A DNA stretch of 63,633 nucleotides, filler included, from a bacterium (GCA_026985515.1; 10 parts of 10 records of this genome joined end to end with filler, not necessarily neighbours in it), one strand, 5' to 3'; positions 49,219 to 59,470 are shown, counted from the first letter of the whole stretch. A program made the numbers and translations. The notes: generated by a model from the sequence alone, not told the origin.

Positions 49219-51252
49219 ATGGGCTGGATAAAAAAAATATCTCTGCTGGTTCTCATTGCATTGCTGATCGCTGGGTGTGGTGGTGGAAGATCAAATCTTT
49301 CTTCTCTAACTGTGAAGGTCAGACTTCCTGAAAAGTATCAGAATGCCTTTTTCCTCCAGAGCGAAAGTTCCAGTATGGCAACGGAACTTTTCTCCCATAT
49401 AAAGTATGCCAGGATAACTGTTGAGGGCCCTGGTATAACTCCCCCGATTTCAAAGGATGTGCCTTTTGGAAGTGTGGTTGATGTTGTGGTACCATCGGGC
49501 AATAACAGATTGTTTACTGTTGCATTAATGGATAAAGATAAGAAAGTGATTTTTATGGGATATAAGCTCGTTCCCTACCTGCCTGAGGGAAAGGAAGTAT
49601 CGATTGATTTACAGTTGAGTTTTGCCAGAGTTTTTACCGATGCTGTAGGGGATATTTATCCGGAAGGATTTAAAGGATTTGACCTCAAAAATGTTTCAAT
49701 GATGTGGGGTGGAGGTGAAAAAAAGAGCATCAGATTTATTTTTACATTTAATAAGAAGGTTGAGTTATCCAGAGGTGTTGAAGAGAAGGGGCTGTTTGGA
49801 TTGATAGAGATTGACGCAGATGGTAATCCTGCCACAGGTATACCTTCTGTGGTGGATTCTTTACGCAGGGAATCGAAGGGAAAAATTGGAGTTGATTACA
49901 TTGTTTACTTAGAGGGGTTTTCCCGGGGCGGAGCTCTCCTTTACAATGTTAAGGATAAAGTTTCCAGTTTCTTTCCCGTGAAAATCTTTGGAAAACATCT
50001 GATGCTTGAAATTCCAGTCAGTTACTTTAAAGAAATTTCGCCATATGGAGATTCGATATTTTATGTTGATTCTGTTTTTATGACCGGAGATGGTGAAGAG
50101 ACAGGGATTGATTTCTTTCCTGATAATGCTGCGGCAGTTTCAAGCAGCCTTCTCTTTCCTCCGTATCTGAGGGGGGAAAATTTAACAAAAATAAGTAAAT
50201 TCGTTTTGAAAGAAAGGATACCTCTTCCTCCTGGTGTAAAGCTTGCCGGATTTTATCCATATCAGAGCGGGGATCTTTTCGGTGCGGTTTACATGCTTTC
50301 CTACTCTCCTGGTACCACTTTTGAGGTAGGTGTAAGAATTACCAATCTTTATACAGGAAAGGTTTTTAACCATGTTTTCGCAAGAATACACGGAATCCAG
50401 TATTTTACCCCTGTTTTTGTAAGTTCGGGTAATCTTGTAGTTCTGGCTATCCAGTCAGACTCGCTTGGAAATTGTGGTGGAGGTGGAGGATTAATTGCCT
50501 TTCTCAGCGGTGATGGTGGGTATACATTTAAACAGACGAAGATATGGTGCCCGGACGGGTATGTCTACAATGCCCATATTTTGAATGGAAGTGTTCTTTT
50601 TGAAATTGAAAATTACTCCGCGGGGGGACTTGCTGTTTTTAAGAGATTTACACTTGAAAATGGCACTATTGTTGAAGAACCTGATTTGACTTTTGATTTT
50701 AAGGGGATGTCTTATCCCAGCTTTTTTGTAGCAGAGGGAAATTTTTATGAAACAGGTGTTTCTGTGCAAACAGATAGAACAGTTTTCTACATCTATCCTG
50801 TTACAGATACCATTCCTCTGTTCAGTGACATTGTAACAGATGCATCAGGTGACGGATATGTTGATTTTGTGAAAGTTGCCGGGAGAAGAGTTTTTGTTGT
50901 GGTCACTTTCTACCCGGCAGGTGGATATGGTGAAGGTTTTCACCTTCTATACGCACTCACATTCACCCAGGATGGTACAGTGAAATTAGTTGATAAAAAG
51001 TACCTTTCATACGAAGCCTGGATTATGGATGTGCTGCCCTTCAGTGATGGCCTGTATGGAATACTGGAAAATTTTGGGGGAGCCACCGAGCGATATGTTT
51101 TTGATTTCAGAGGGCAACATTTAAACCCATTTACTGTTTCCAACGGTTATATCACCTACTTTGGTTCCTGGATTTTGCCACCTGCAACTCCTATGCTTTT
51201 CTGGGAAGATGAAACGGGGAAAACTTTAAACGTCAGTGTTGGTGTACCCTGA
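49219..51252 (+). CDS. Large multidomain lipoprotein
   Basis: Lipobox IAGC-GGG; DAVGD...IDADGNPATG beta-sandwich motif; Asp-box SGDGGYTF. Confidence 0.7.
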   Translation: MGWIKKISLLVLIALLIAGCGGGRSNLSSLTVKVRLPEKYQNAFFLQSESSSMATELFSHIKYARITVEGPGITPPISKDVPFGSVVDVVVPSGNNRLFTVALMDKDKKVIFMGYKLVPYLPEGKEVSIDLQLSFARVFTDAVGDIYPEGFKGFDLKNVSMMWGGGEKKSIRFIFTFNKKVELSRGVEEKGLFGLIEIDADGNPATGIPSVVDSLRRESKGKIGVDYIVYLEGFSRGGALLYNVKDKVSSFFPVKIFGKHLMLEIPVSYFKEISPYGDSIFYVDSVFMTGDGEETGIDFFPDNAAAVSSSLLFPPYLRGENLTKISKFVLKERIPLPPGVKLAGFYPYQSGDLFGAVYMLSYSPGTTFEVGVRITNLYTGKVFNHVFARIHGIQYFTPVFVSSGNLVVLAIQSDSLGNCGGGGGLIAFLSGDGGYTFKQTKIWCPDGYVYNAHILNGSVLFEIENYSAGGLAVFKRFTLENGTIVEEPDLTFDFKGMSYPSFFVAEGNFYETGVSVQTDRTVFYIYPVTDTIPLFSDIVTDASGDGYVDFVKVAGRRVFVVVTFYPAGGYGEGFHLLYALTFTQDGTVKLVDKKYLSYEAWIMDVLPFSDGLYGILENFGGATERYVFDFRGQHLNPFTVSNGYITYFGSWILPPATPMLFWEDETGKTLNVSVGVP

Positions 51253-53236
51253 TCTGCTGTGAATAAGGTGACCTGATAACTGGTGGTTTACCGGAAGATA
51301 ATCCATGGAAGTAACTCTGAAGAAAGTCGCTGCCTTCTTCCTTTGCCTCTGGAGAGGCAAGCAGTGCCCCATGGGTGGCGGGATGGGGGCTGGTGTCTGT
51401 GTAAATCATGTAGTATTCTGATAAAGCAGCAGTATATTTACCCTGAATGTTACCACTGACTTCGAAAAGGGGGAGCACCTGAATCCCGGGAATATCAAAA
51501 AAGACCGGTTGAAGAAGGGGAATTTCAATTGCCCTTGCAAGGTAAGCTGTTGCGCTGTTTGGAACGATCATATCTTTCCAGACATTTTCCATAAGAAGGT
51601 TAAGGGGTTTTTTCCTTACTCCCTCATCTGTATGAAGAAGGTAGTAACCATAACTTGCAGGGTCAATGTAGTCAAGCAGGGTCTGGAAGAGCGCCAGAAA
51701 TCTCTCCCCCTCTGATGGATGATCCATATCAAAATAGGTGAGCAGATTTTTTCCTCCCACCCTGTAAAACATATTTTGCCTCACCACTTCCATTATTCTA
51801 CCACCACCCACATTGAGAATCGCGGCACCTATTTCGGGGGAAAGAGCGGACGTCAGGGTACCTATGAATGCACCCATAGATTGTCCCTGGTAACCGATTG
51901 TTTGAACTTTAATGTCCGGAATTGAATCTTTTTCCATTTTGCCTGTTTTGGGATTGTAAATATCTATGCTCTGAATTTCTTTCAGAAACTCTATTATTTG
52001 AAAGTGGTTAAAAGCAGTTTGAAGAAAGTTATCCCTCAGTAAATATGGTTTTATCTTCAAAATTCCTCTTACAGGCCACAATCCAATGAAGTTTTTTATC
52101 AGGTCAAGTTCATCTCCCGGATATGGGGTTCTTTCCCCGTGATAAACTGCGTCTATAGCTATTATTGCAATTCCTCTACCATTAAAGGCATCTGCAATTG
52201 AATACACAGATTCTTTTCTGTTGTTCAGCCCGTGCTGGTATATCATCACGGGAAAAGGTTCTGTACCTTTTCTGGAATAAAGAAGGAGAAAAGGAACTTC
52301 TTCAATATGGATTGAGGTAAACTCATTTCTTTTAAAATCAAAGTCTATTTCACCATCTTTGTTTTGAAAATTGAAAAGGGGAATGACCCCTTTTATCACA
52401 AGCCCTGTATCTTCACTGAAGTTTTCTTTCTTATCAACTATCATTGAGGTGAAGTTTTCTGGATAATAAAGTTCAGGAGTTTTCATTTCTATAGTTTCTT
52501 TTCCTTTCAGTGGAATGTTAAAAATATCCATTGTGGTGAAAGAAAGGATAAAAACAGGTTTTATGTCAGGAAAAAGCTCTTTTAATAAAATGAGGGTAGT
52601 TTTTCTTTCCCTGCTTATTCTTTTCCCGGCAAAATCTGTTTCTCCTGAGAAAACGTGAAAATAGTAGGAATCAGGTTCAGGTTTATTTCCATTGATAGAT
52701 ATAAGCTTATCGGTTATTACGAGGGAGTACTGTGTTGATGGTTCCAGAGGTTTATAAGGATAAAGAAAAAGATAGTTTTTATCATAGTCAAACTCAGGTT
52801 CAATGGGAATCATTTCACCCTGATTTTTTCCGGAAATTGTCAGGAGAAAAACAGGTGAATCTGAAGTCGTACATTTTGTGGTGTAAAGTTTGGCTATTAT
52901 TTCTGGATCAATTCCCTCTGAGAATTTGAGGATAACAGGAGCGTTGAGCCCGAAACCCGAAAGTTTATCAAGCCATGTCACAGGATTTCCATACATATTT
53001 AAAACCGGATCCCTCATGCGACTGGAAGGTATTTTAACTCTTATTCCTGTCGGGGAATAGATATCATGTATGGTATAGAGGTCCCATGGAAAAGGAAGAA
53101 GCCCTGTGGATGGGCTGGTAAGTATCATGTTGTAATTACTTTCTTTTTCTTCTGGATATTCTACCACACATGAAACGAAAAGAAAGAGAAATAACAAAAA
53201 GGGAGCAAATGGAATCATCTTATCTTTCAATCTCAA
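51233..53236 (-). CDS. Lipoprotein with Ig-like domain and alpha/beta-hydrolase; paralog of 6673..8562
   Basis: Lipobox FVSC, PFP...GFGLN, QHGL, GQSMG, DMIVPN, ATHG. Confidence 0.75.
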   Translation of the reverse strand: MRLKDKMIPFAPFLLFLFLFVSCVVEYPEEKESNYNMILTSPSTGLLPFPWDLYTIHDIYSPTGIRVKIPSSRMRDPVLNMYGNPVTWLDKLSGFGLNAPVILKFSEGIDPEIIAKLYTTKCTTSDSPVFLLTISGKNQGEMIPIEPEFDYDKNYLFLYPYKPLEPSTQYSLVITDKLISINGNKPEPDSYYFHVFSGETDFAGKRISRERKTTLILLKELFPDIKPVFILSFTTMDIFNIPLKGKETIEMKTPELYYPENFTSMIVDKKENFSEDTGLVIKGVIPLFNFQNKDGEIDFDFKRNEFTSIHIEEVPFLLLYSRKGTEPFPVMIYQHGLNNRKESVYSIADAFNGRGIAIIAIDAVYHGERTPYPGDELDLIKNFIGLWPVRGILKIKPYLLRDNFLQTAFNHFQIIEFLKEIQSIDIYNPKTGKMEKDSIPDIKVQTIGYQGQSMGAFIGTLTSALSPEIGAAILNVGGGRIMEVVRQNMFYRVGGKNLLTYFDMDHPSEGERFLALFQTLLDYIDPASYGYYLLHTDEGVRKKPLNLLMENVWKDMIVPNSATAYLARAIEIPLLQPVFFDIPGIQVLPLFEVSGNIQGKYTAALSEYYMIYTDTSPHPATHGALLASPEAKEEGSDFLQSYFHGLSSGKPPVIRSPYSQQIRVHQH

Positions 53237-53489
53237 TCTTTTCTCCCGATCCTTTTTTATTGTATTCGCTGATGGTTCCTATGTTTGAAAAGGGTATCCA
53301 GTGACGGGTTACTTCTCTGTCTGCAAATTTTTCATCTATTGTGACAAAGGTGAAAAAGTCCTCAAAGACGTCTTTTATGAACCCCGTTTCTTTTTTGAAT
53401 CTTCCATCAAGTGTAGTTAATTCCACCTTTCTGCCACTGAGTTTTGCGAGCAGCTCTTTGATGGTAAGACTCTTCTTTACCTCCGGCAT
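53220..53489 (-). CDS. Small hypothetical protein, possibly Sm/LSm-like fold
   Basis: Helix followed by GRKVELTT..G.IKDVFEDF....WIPFSNIGTI strand pattern; RBS GGAGG. Confidence 0.55.
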   Translation of the reverse strand: MPEVKKSLTIKELLAKLSGRKVELTTLDGRFKKETGFIKDVFEDFFTFVTIDEKFADREVTRHWIPFSNIGTISEYNKKGSGEKIEIER

Positions 53490-53500
53490 CGCACAACCTC

Positions 53501-55195
53501 CTATAGTTCCATTTCTTCGAATTTTTCAACGGCTCTGTTAAATGGTAGGATATAACTGATCAGCACAATAGTCAAGGCGAGGAGATAAAAGACTGTTATC
53601 ATTATTATATCAGTGAAAGAGGGAATGGCATGGGTGTAAATGATGGTGAATAACCTGTAAGTGGGAAAAGCGATGATACCAGTATAAATCAGAACAAAAA
53701 TAGATGAAACAAGCATGTAAATAATTCCCCCGTAACTTGTAACTATCTGTGCAATATTTTCAAATTTAAAAACTGGAAAAATTGTGCCCATGTACAATCC
53801 AAAAGTTGTTATTGTTCCTGTCAATAAGAGTATTGAAACTGTGGAAACAATTTTTATCAGTGTGGAGGTATTCAGAAAAACACAGGAGAAGTAAGTTATT
53901 GTGAAGCCAACGATGGAAAGTGGTATAAGATTGAAAAGCATTTTTGAAAGAAGGAATCTTTTTGAATCTACCGGTCCCCCTTTTATTAGCCACAGAGATC
54001 TGCTTTCCACGCTGATTGATGGAAAGACGAATCTTGCTCCAAGTGCAGCAATGACAAATCCCGAGAGAATAAGATTTGCAAATCCAATGATGTTTTTGAG
54101 GTAGAAGGAGTTAATAGGCGTTTTATCGAGGGGTAGAACGGAAAAGTTGTAAAGGTAAATAACGATCAGAAAGAGGAGCAGAAGGAGTTGTGACCACTGG
54201 GAAGCGTCCCTGAAAAAGAGCCGTAGATCTTTTATGATCATCTCTCTTGTAAATGGATGTAGCGGGTATAAAACCTTTTCTATGATCCTTCCACTCTGTT
54301 TTTTTATTCTTGCCCCTCTGCCCTCAATGGATCTGGAAAGGCCCGGCCTGAAAAAGAGGAAAAAGGAGTACTTGGAGATGAGGTAAAATATGTATCCGGA
54401 GTAGAAGAAAAAAACAATATCCTTTACCGGATAAACTTTTACCTTCAGGATCGCAATAAGTATGTTGTTCAGAATGGTGGAAGGAAGGTAGGGTACCTGT
54501 GTCTGAGAGAGGGCGGATATATAGTTTCCTATAGAACCCATAAATTCGGGGTTGACAAGTCGTTCCGGCCTTATCATTCTGAATAAAAGAACCATTCCTC
54601 CGGCAAATATTACTGTTATGAGAACGAAAAGATCCCTCAGTGTTCTTACAGGAAAGACATTAATAAGGATTTCAGTTATCAATTTTCCTATGACTGATGG
54701 GATTATCAGGAAAGGGATTAAAAGGAAAGGAAGAAGAATGTAGTAGAAAACACCTGCTTGAAAGTAAACACCATAAGCAATAAACACCGGCATTCCAAAT
54801 ACAAGTACCATCCATGAGCTCAGCACTGTTGAGGAAATAAACCTGCTTCTGAACAATTTTTCCTGATCCACTGGTGTAACTGCAAGGAGCTGGAGATCAG
54901 AAGCGATAAAGAATGTTCCCAGAGAAGTTATTAGGTTGCTGAAGATAAGAAGGGTGAAAAATGTAAGGAGAATAAGTGATAGAATTTTATTTATCAGGAA
55001 TGGACCAATCAGCTGAAAAGAATCAAAGTAAGCAAGCATTCTGTATGAAATCAAAAATGTGACTGAGAAGATAAGAAGACCAAGAAGTACCCCTCCAGTA
55101 ATTTTCAAAGTAAAATTTTTCTCTCCCCTCGCAGGGAGCAGATTTAAAAAGTAGGGTAAAAGTAAATTGAATGTGCCTATATTTTTTCTGTCCAT
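53501..55195 (-). CDS. Putative ABC exporter permease
   Basis: About 12 TMs, DLQLLAVTPV, KDLRLFFRD, PSISVES; overlaps the ATPase gene. Confidence 0.88.
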   Translation of the reverse strand: MDRKNIGTFNLLLPYFLNLLPARGEKNFTLKITGGVLLGLLIFSVTFLISYRMLAYFDSFQLIGPFLINKILSLILLTFFTLLIFSNLITSLGTFFIASDLQLLAVTPVDQEKLFRSRFISSTVLSSWMVLVFGMPVFIAYGVYFQAGVFYYILLPFLLIPFLIIPSVIGKLITEILINVFPVRTLRDLFVLITVIFAGGMVLLFRMIRPERLVNPEFMGSIGNYISALSQTQVPYLPSTILNNILIAILKVKVYPVKDIVFFFYSGYIFYLISKYSFFLFFRPGLSRSIEGRGARIKKQSGRIIEKVLYPLHPFTREMIIKDLRLFFRDASQWSQLLLLLFLIVIYLYNFSVLPLDKTPINSFYLKNIIGFANLILSGFVIAALGARFVFPSISVESRSLWLIKGGPVDSKRFLLSKMLFNLIPLSIVGFTITYFSCVFLNTSTLIKIVSTVSILLLTGTITTFGLYMGTIFPVFKFENIAQIVTSYGGIIYMLVSSIFVLIYTGIIAFPTYRLFTIIYTHAIPSFTDIIMITVFYLLALTIVLISYILPFNRAVEKFEEMEL

Positions 55196-55941
55196 TCTTC
55201 TATAAAAGCTGCTTCCCCTGTTAACCTCAGAAAGATATCTTCCAGTCTCTCAGATACACTGCTGCCCGCAAGTTTTCTCAGGTGGTCAACTGTTCCTTCT
55301 GCTATCAATTCTCCGTGATCTATTATTCCAATTCTGTCACACATCTCTTCTGCAACCTCAAGAGAGTGAGTTGACATGAAAATTGTAATTCCTCTTTCTC
55401 TTGCCAGTTTCCAGAAGGTTTTCTTTATCAGTCTGGCTCCTTTTGGGTCAAGTCCTACCATTGGTTCATCAACTATTATTATCTGTGGGTGATGAATAAA
55501 GGCAGCAACCATCACCAGACGCTGTTTCATTCCATGTGAGTAGCTCTCTATCAGTTCATTTTGCCATTCTTTTAATTCAAAAATTTCAAGATATCTATCA
55601 ATTTCCCTGGTGATCTCCTTTTCCGTGTATCCGTAGAGTGACCCGACAAAGGTCAGAAATTCTCTACCCGTCAGTTTCTCATAGATAAAGGGTCTGTCTG
55701 GAATTATTCCCATCAAAGCCTTGGCTTTAAGAGGTTCTTTCAAAATGCTGAACCCTCCAACAAGAACATCCCCGGAAGTAGGCAGGAGAAGTCCCGTTAT
55801 AATTTTGATTGTAGTGGTTTTACCTGCTCCATTAGGACCCAGAAATCCGTAAATTTCACCCTTTTTTACACTCAGAGATATCCCTTTAAGTGCTTCAAAT
55901 TTACCATATTTTTTTCTGAGGTTGATTATTTCAAGCATCAT
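55177..55941 (-). CDS. ABC transporter ATP-binding protein
   Basis: GPNGAGKTT, YSHGMKQR, VDEPMVGLDP, STH. Confidence 0.97.
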   Translation of the reverse strand: MMLEIINLRKKYGKFEALKGISLSVKKGEIYGFLGPNGAGKTTTIKIITGLLLPTSGDVLVGGFSILKEPLKAKALMGIIPDRPFIYEKLTGREFLTFVGSLYGYTEKEITREIDRYLEIFELKEWQNELIESYSHGMKQRLVMVAAFIHHPQIIIVDEPMVGLDPKGARLIKKTFWKLARERGITIFMSTHSLEVAEEMCDRIGIIDHGELIAEGTVDHLRKLAGSSVSERLEDIFLRLTGEAAFIEEWTEKI

Positions 55942-56014
55942 AAAACATTATACAGTAAAAAGGCTTTTTATAAAAGAGCTGCGAAAATAAGCCTCTTTTG
56001 GCCTTGCTGACAGG

Positions 56015-56043
56015 TTGACTTTCCATTTCATTGCTGTTAAATT
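56015..56043 (+). promoter_or_regulatory. Putative sigma70 promoter for hrcA
   Basis: TTGACT-17 nt-TAAATT with extended -10 TG. Confidence 0.5.
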
Positions 56044-56065
56044 ATATAAAAAAGACGGTTTTACT

Positions 56066-56733
56066 ATGCCCAGAAAAAAAGGAAAGGTGAATTTTGAGTT
56101 GAGAAAAAAATTCATCCTTCTTTCCATTGTAAGTGAATATCTGAAAAGAGGGAGGCCTGTTTCTTCTCGATTAATTGCGAGAAAATATACGCCGGGTCTC
56201 AGTGCAGCAACTGTGAGAAACATAATGATGGATCTGGAGGATGAGGGTTACCTTTACCAGCCCCATACTTCTGCGGGCAGGTTTCCAACCCTCAAGGGTA
56301 TCAGATTATATGTTGATGATCTCTTACATAAGAGACTTCAGCCTCTTGATGATCTTGTTGACAGGTACAGTGATGATATCAGGTTCCTCACACCTGAAAA
56401 TCCAGCTTTTCTTGACTTTACAACTCACTTTCTTTCTGAGGTCACAAATTATATAGCGGTTGCTGTAACTGATCTCATTGAAGATCTGCAGGTCAAGAGT
56501 ATCACCCTTGTTACAGAGGGTCAAAAGTTTATTCTCGGGGTGTTTGTCTTTATGGGAGGAATAGTGAAATCGGTGATCCTTGAGAACAGGTATGGTGCCG
56601 ATTCATCAATGCTGATGCGAATCAGCAATTACCTCACCGAAACATTTTCCGGGAGAACACTTGGCGAAATAGAATCTATGATCAGGTTTAAAATGGATGA
56701 GCTGGAGAGGGAAATTGGAAAAATTGCTGTGGA
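56066..56733 (+). CDS. hrcA: Heat-inducible transcription repressor; 3' truncated
   Basis: PVSSR, SAATVRNIMMDLE..GYLYQPHTSAGRFPT.KG.RLYVD. Confidence 0.95.
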
Positions 56734-56833
56734 NNNNNNNNNNNNNNNNNNNNNNNNNNNNNNNNNNNNNNNNNNNNTTAATTAATTAANNNNNNNNNNN
56801 NNNNNNNNNNNNNNNNNNNNNNNNNNNNNNNNN
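56734..56833. other. Artificial contig spacer
   Basis: Same 100-nt spacer. Confidence 0.99.
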
Positions 56834-56944
56834 CTATGGAGATACTGTATTCAACATGACTGTGCTGTAAAAATTGAACCTTTACCTGCCTTACCATTTC
56901 AATATATTTTATTCCTAATTCGGGAAAAGTCAAAAAATACCTTA

Positions 56945-58240
56945 TTATTCCTTGCTTTTGAAGAGGTGAATGTTTTCCTTTACGATTTTTAACAGTTCAT
57001 CTTTTCTATTTATTTCAGGTGATTCCAGTACCCTCTCAAGAAGAAATCTCTTTGCTCTGCCAATTTCAACTCCTTTCAGTCCGAGATCCATAAGGTCGTA
57101 ACCACTGATGTCCAGGTCATTTACAGATAGAGGTGTCCCTGATTCTATTTCTCGTTTTATTCGCATATAAAGTTCTTTCAAATCATCCATACTTTTTTTC
57201 TTACCCGTTCCTATTCTGTCCGCTTTCCTGAGAATAAAGAGATCGTCTATGTTCTCCTTTCCCACCCTTGATATAAATTTTCTCACGGCCTTGTCACTCC
57301 AGCGAGTGTGATAGGAAAACATGTGGTTTCTTATTAGGGTGATGATCTTTTTTCTTCTTTCTCTGGAAATGCCGATTCTTCTCAATAAATTCTCTGCCAT
57401 CTCGGCACTTAATTTTTCGTGTTCGTAAAATACATAATCCTTTCTGCTGATTTTCCAGAATCTTGTGGCTGGCTTTCCAATATCGTGTAGCAGTGCTGCA
57501 AATCTTACATCAGTTTTTCTCTGTGGAACAGCGTCAACCACTTTCATTATGTGGGTGAAAAGATCATATCTGTGGAACTGGTTCTGTTTTATCCCCTCAC
57601 ATGCTGCAAGTTCAGGTAAAAAGTAATGAAGTGCCCTGATATTAAGGAGATCTAAAAAAGCAGAGGAAGGAGTTTTCAATTTAAGCAATTCCTCAATTTC
57701 CTTTTTGAACCTGTATGGATTAACATTTCCAAGCAGGTAAGAGAGCCATTTCATCATCCGGTAGGTTTCAGGTTCTATTGAAAATGAAAGCCTGGTGCAG
57801 AGCCTGATTCCCCTGATAATCCTTACCGGGTCCTCTCTCAATCTTTTTTCTGCATCGACAGAGGCTCTTATAATTTTTAATTCAATATCTCTGCGTCCAT
57901 TTAACGGATCAATGAATTTTCCTTCAAAAGGATCATATGCAATTGCATCAATTGTAAAATCTCTGCGAGAAAGGTTATCTTCAAGGGAGTTTTTCACCAC
58001 ATTTATTTCAAACTCGTGACCTCTCCACAGAACAACGAGAGTCTCGACAAAGTTATCTGAAGGAGTGTAACTGGAAAATCTTTTTTTTAGCCATTCTGCA
58101 TTACCCATAAAAATAAAATCGTAGTCATGGACAGGGATATTGAGTATATGGTCTCTCACAGCACCACCTACTAAAAGACACCTTCCTCCTTTAGATAGGT
58201 ATGAACAGAACTTCACAACATAAGCGGGGACCTTTAACAT
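56945..58240 (-). CDS. Class II tRNA nucleotidyltransferase with HD domain, probably CC-adding type
   Basis: VGGAVRD..DYDF, RRDFT, EDPVR, LLHDIGKP; segment between motifs A and B is short. Confidence 0.9.
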   Translation of the reverse strand: MLKVPAYVVKFCSYLSKGGRCLLVGGAVRDHILNIPVHDYDFIFMGNAEWLKKRFSSYTPSDNFVETLVVLWRGHEFEINVVKNSLEDNLSRRDFTIDAIAYDPFEGKFIDPLNGRRDIELKIIRASVDAEKRLREDPVRIIRGIRLCTRLSFSIEPETYRMMKWLSYLLGNVNPYRFKKEIEELLKLKTPSSAFLDLLNIRALHYFLPELAACEGIKQNQFHRYDLFTHIMKVVDAVPQRKTDVRFAALLHDIGKPATRFWKISRKDYVFYEHEKLSAEMAENLLRRIGISRERRKKIITLIRNHMFSYHTRWSDKAVRKFISRVGKENIDDLFILRKADRIGTGKKKSMDDLKELYMRIKREIESGTPLSVNDLDISGYDLMDLGLKGVEIGRAKRFLLERVLESPEINRKDELLKIVKENIHLFKSKE

Positions 58241-58274
58241 AGGTACTATTATACCTGATGAGGAACTTTGCTCA

Positions 58275-58895
58275 ATGAAAAAAAGATTGTATAATTATTT
58301 TGTGCAAATAAGAAGAGGAAGAGAGATAATTAATTTTCTTGATGCTCTTACCGGTGAGTGGGTAAATTCTGCACCAGAAATAAATCATTTTCAGAAATTC
58401 AAATCTGGAGATTTCGATTCTCTGGTTGAAAAATTACATCTCTCAAATTTTCTTCTCTGGAATACAGAGAGCCTCATAAGAAAGAATGATTATGGTGGTG
58501 ATTGTCGGGGATTGAAGAAAAAAATTGATTCCCTTAATCTTGAGAGAAACAGAACCATTGAAGATATAGATTCAAGAATTGAGTCTCTTCTGAATCTCCC
58601 CAGTGTACCTCTTGAAGAACTGGATAAATACTACATAAACTCCGAAACCCCCGGTCAGATAATTGATCGATTGTCCATTCTCAGCCTGAAAATTTTCTTT
58701 AGAAAAAAGAAAGAGAAACCGGACCGGGGAGAAATTGGAATGCTGGAGTATCAGAGAAATTTCCTTGTAGTAGCTTTTGACAGATTTCTTGATCATCTGG
58801 AGAAAGGCAACGGTTTTATGATTTCTTTCAGAGCATTTAAACAGTATGAAGATAGTGAACTAATACCAGTCAGAGAAAGCAAGGAGGAGATTTAA
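58275..58895 (+). CDS. DUF4254 family protein
   Basis: LHLSNFLLW..E, KKKIDSLNLERN..IEDID, NSETPGQIIDRLSILSLKI. Confidence 0.85.
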   Translation: MKKRLYNYFVQIRRGREIINFLDALTGEWVNSAPEINHFQKFKSGDFDSLVEKLHLSNFLLWNTESLIRKNDYGGDCRGLKKKIDSLNLERNRTIEDIDSRIESLLNLPSVPLEELDKYYINSETPGQIIDRLSILSLKIFFRKKKEKPDRGEIGMLEYQRNFLVVAFDRFLDHLEKGNGFMISFRAFKQYEDSELIPVRESKEEI

Positions 58896-59470
58896 TGAAA
58901 AAAATCCTTGGCATAATGGTTATTGTTCTGTTGACTGGTTATGCGACTGGCTGTTCAAAAAAGAAGAATGAAAACAGAAGTAAACCCCCTGCACCATCAA
59001 AAAACACCAGTCCCCTTCCCCCCGAAATTATAAACAGTGTTAACAGAGCTGGTAAAACTACAGGTAAAGGTTCAGGAAGTGGAAGTAACAGCATCTTAAA
59101 CCTTAAGCTTTCCAGTCAGGTGCACGCAAAATTAAAGCCAGAGCGACCCACAACAAATACCGATATCACAGTTGTTCTTCCTGAGGACTTTACAGGTGAG
59201 ATACAGTGGTATGTAAATGGTGAAAGAATAATAGGAGAAATGGGGAGAACCCTGTCCTCTCGCTATTTCAAAAGGGGAGATACAGTGAAAGTTGTGGCAA
59301 TTTCCTCTGAGGGAAAAAAATATGTGGCAGAGACGAAAGTGGTGAATGCCAATCCACAGATTTCTTCAACTGATGATGACTTTGAACTTGATGATCAGTT
59401 GATCTACCACATTAAAACATATGATCCTGATGGAGATACTGTTAAGGTGGAAGTAATGGAAGCTCCTGAG
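58895..59470 (+). CDS. Lipoprotein with Ig-like domains; 3' truncated
   Basis: Lipobox ATGC, QWYVNG, FKRGDTV, NANPQI, YDPDGD. Confidence 0.7.

Noticed and set aside
55942..56065. CIRCE operator upstream of hrcA
   Set aside because: No TTAGCACTC-N9-GAGTGCTAA-like inverted repeat found
56834..56897. Possible start of an aroB-like gene on the minus strand (MVRQVKVQFLQHSHVEYSISI)
   Set aside because: Only about 21 codons before the contig end; too little to call
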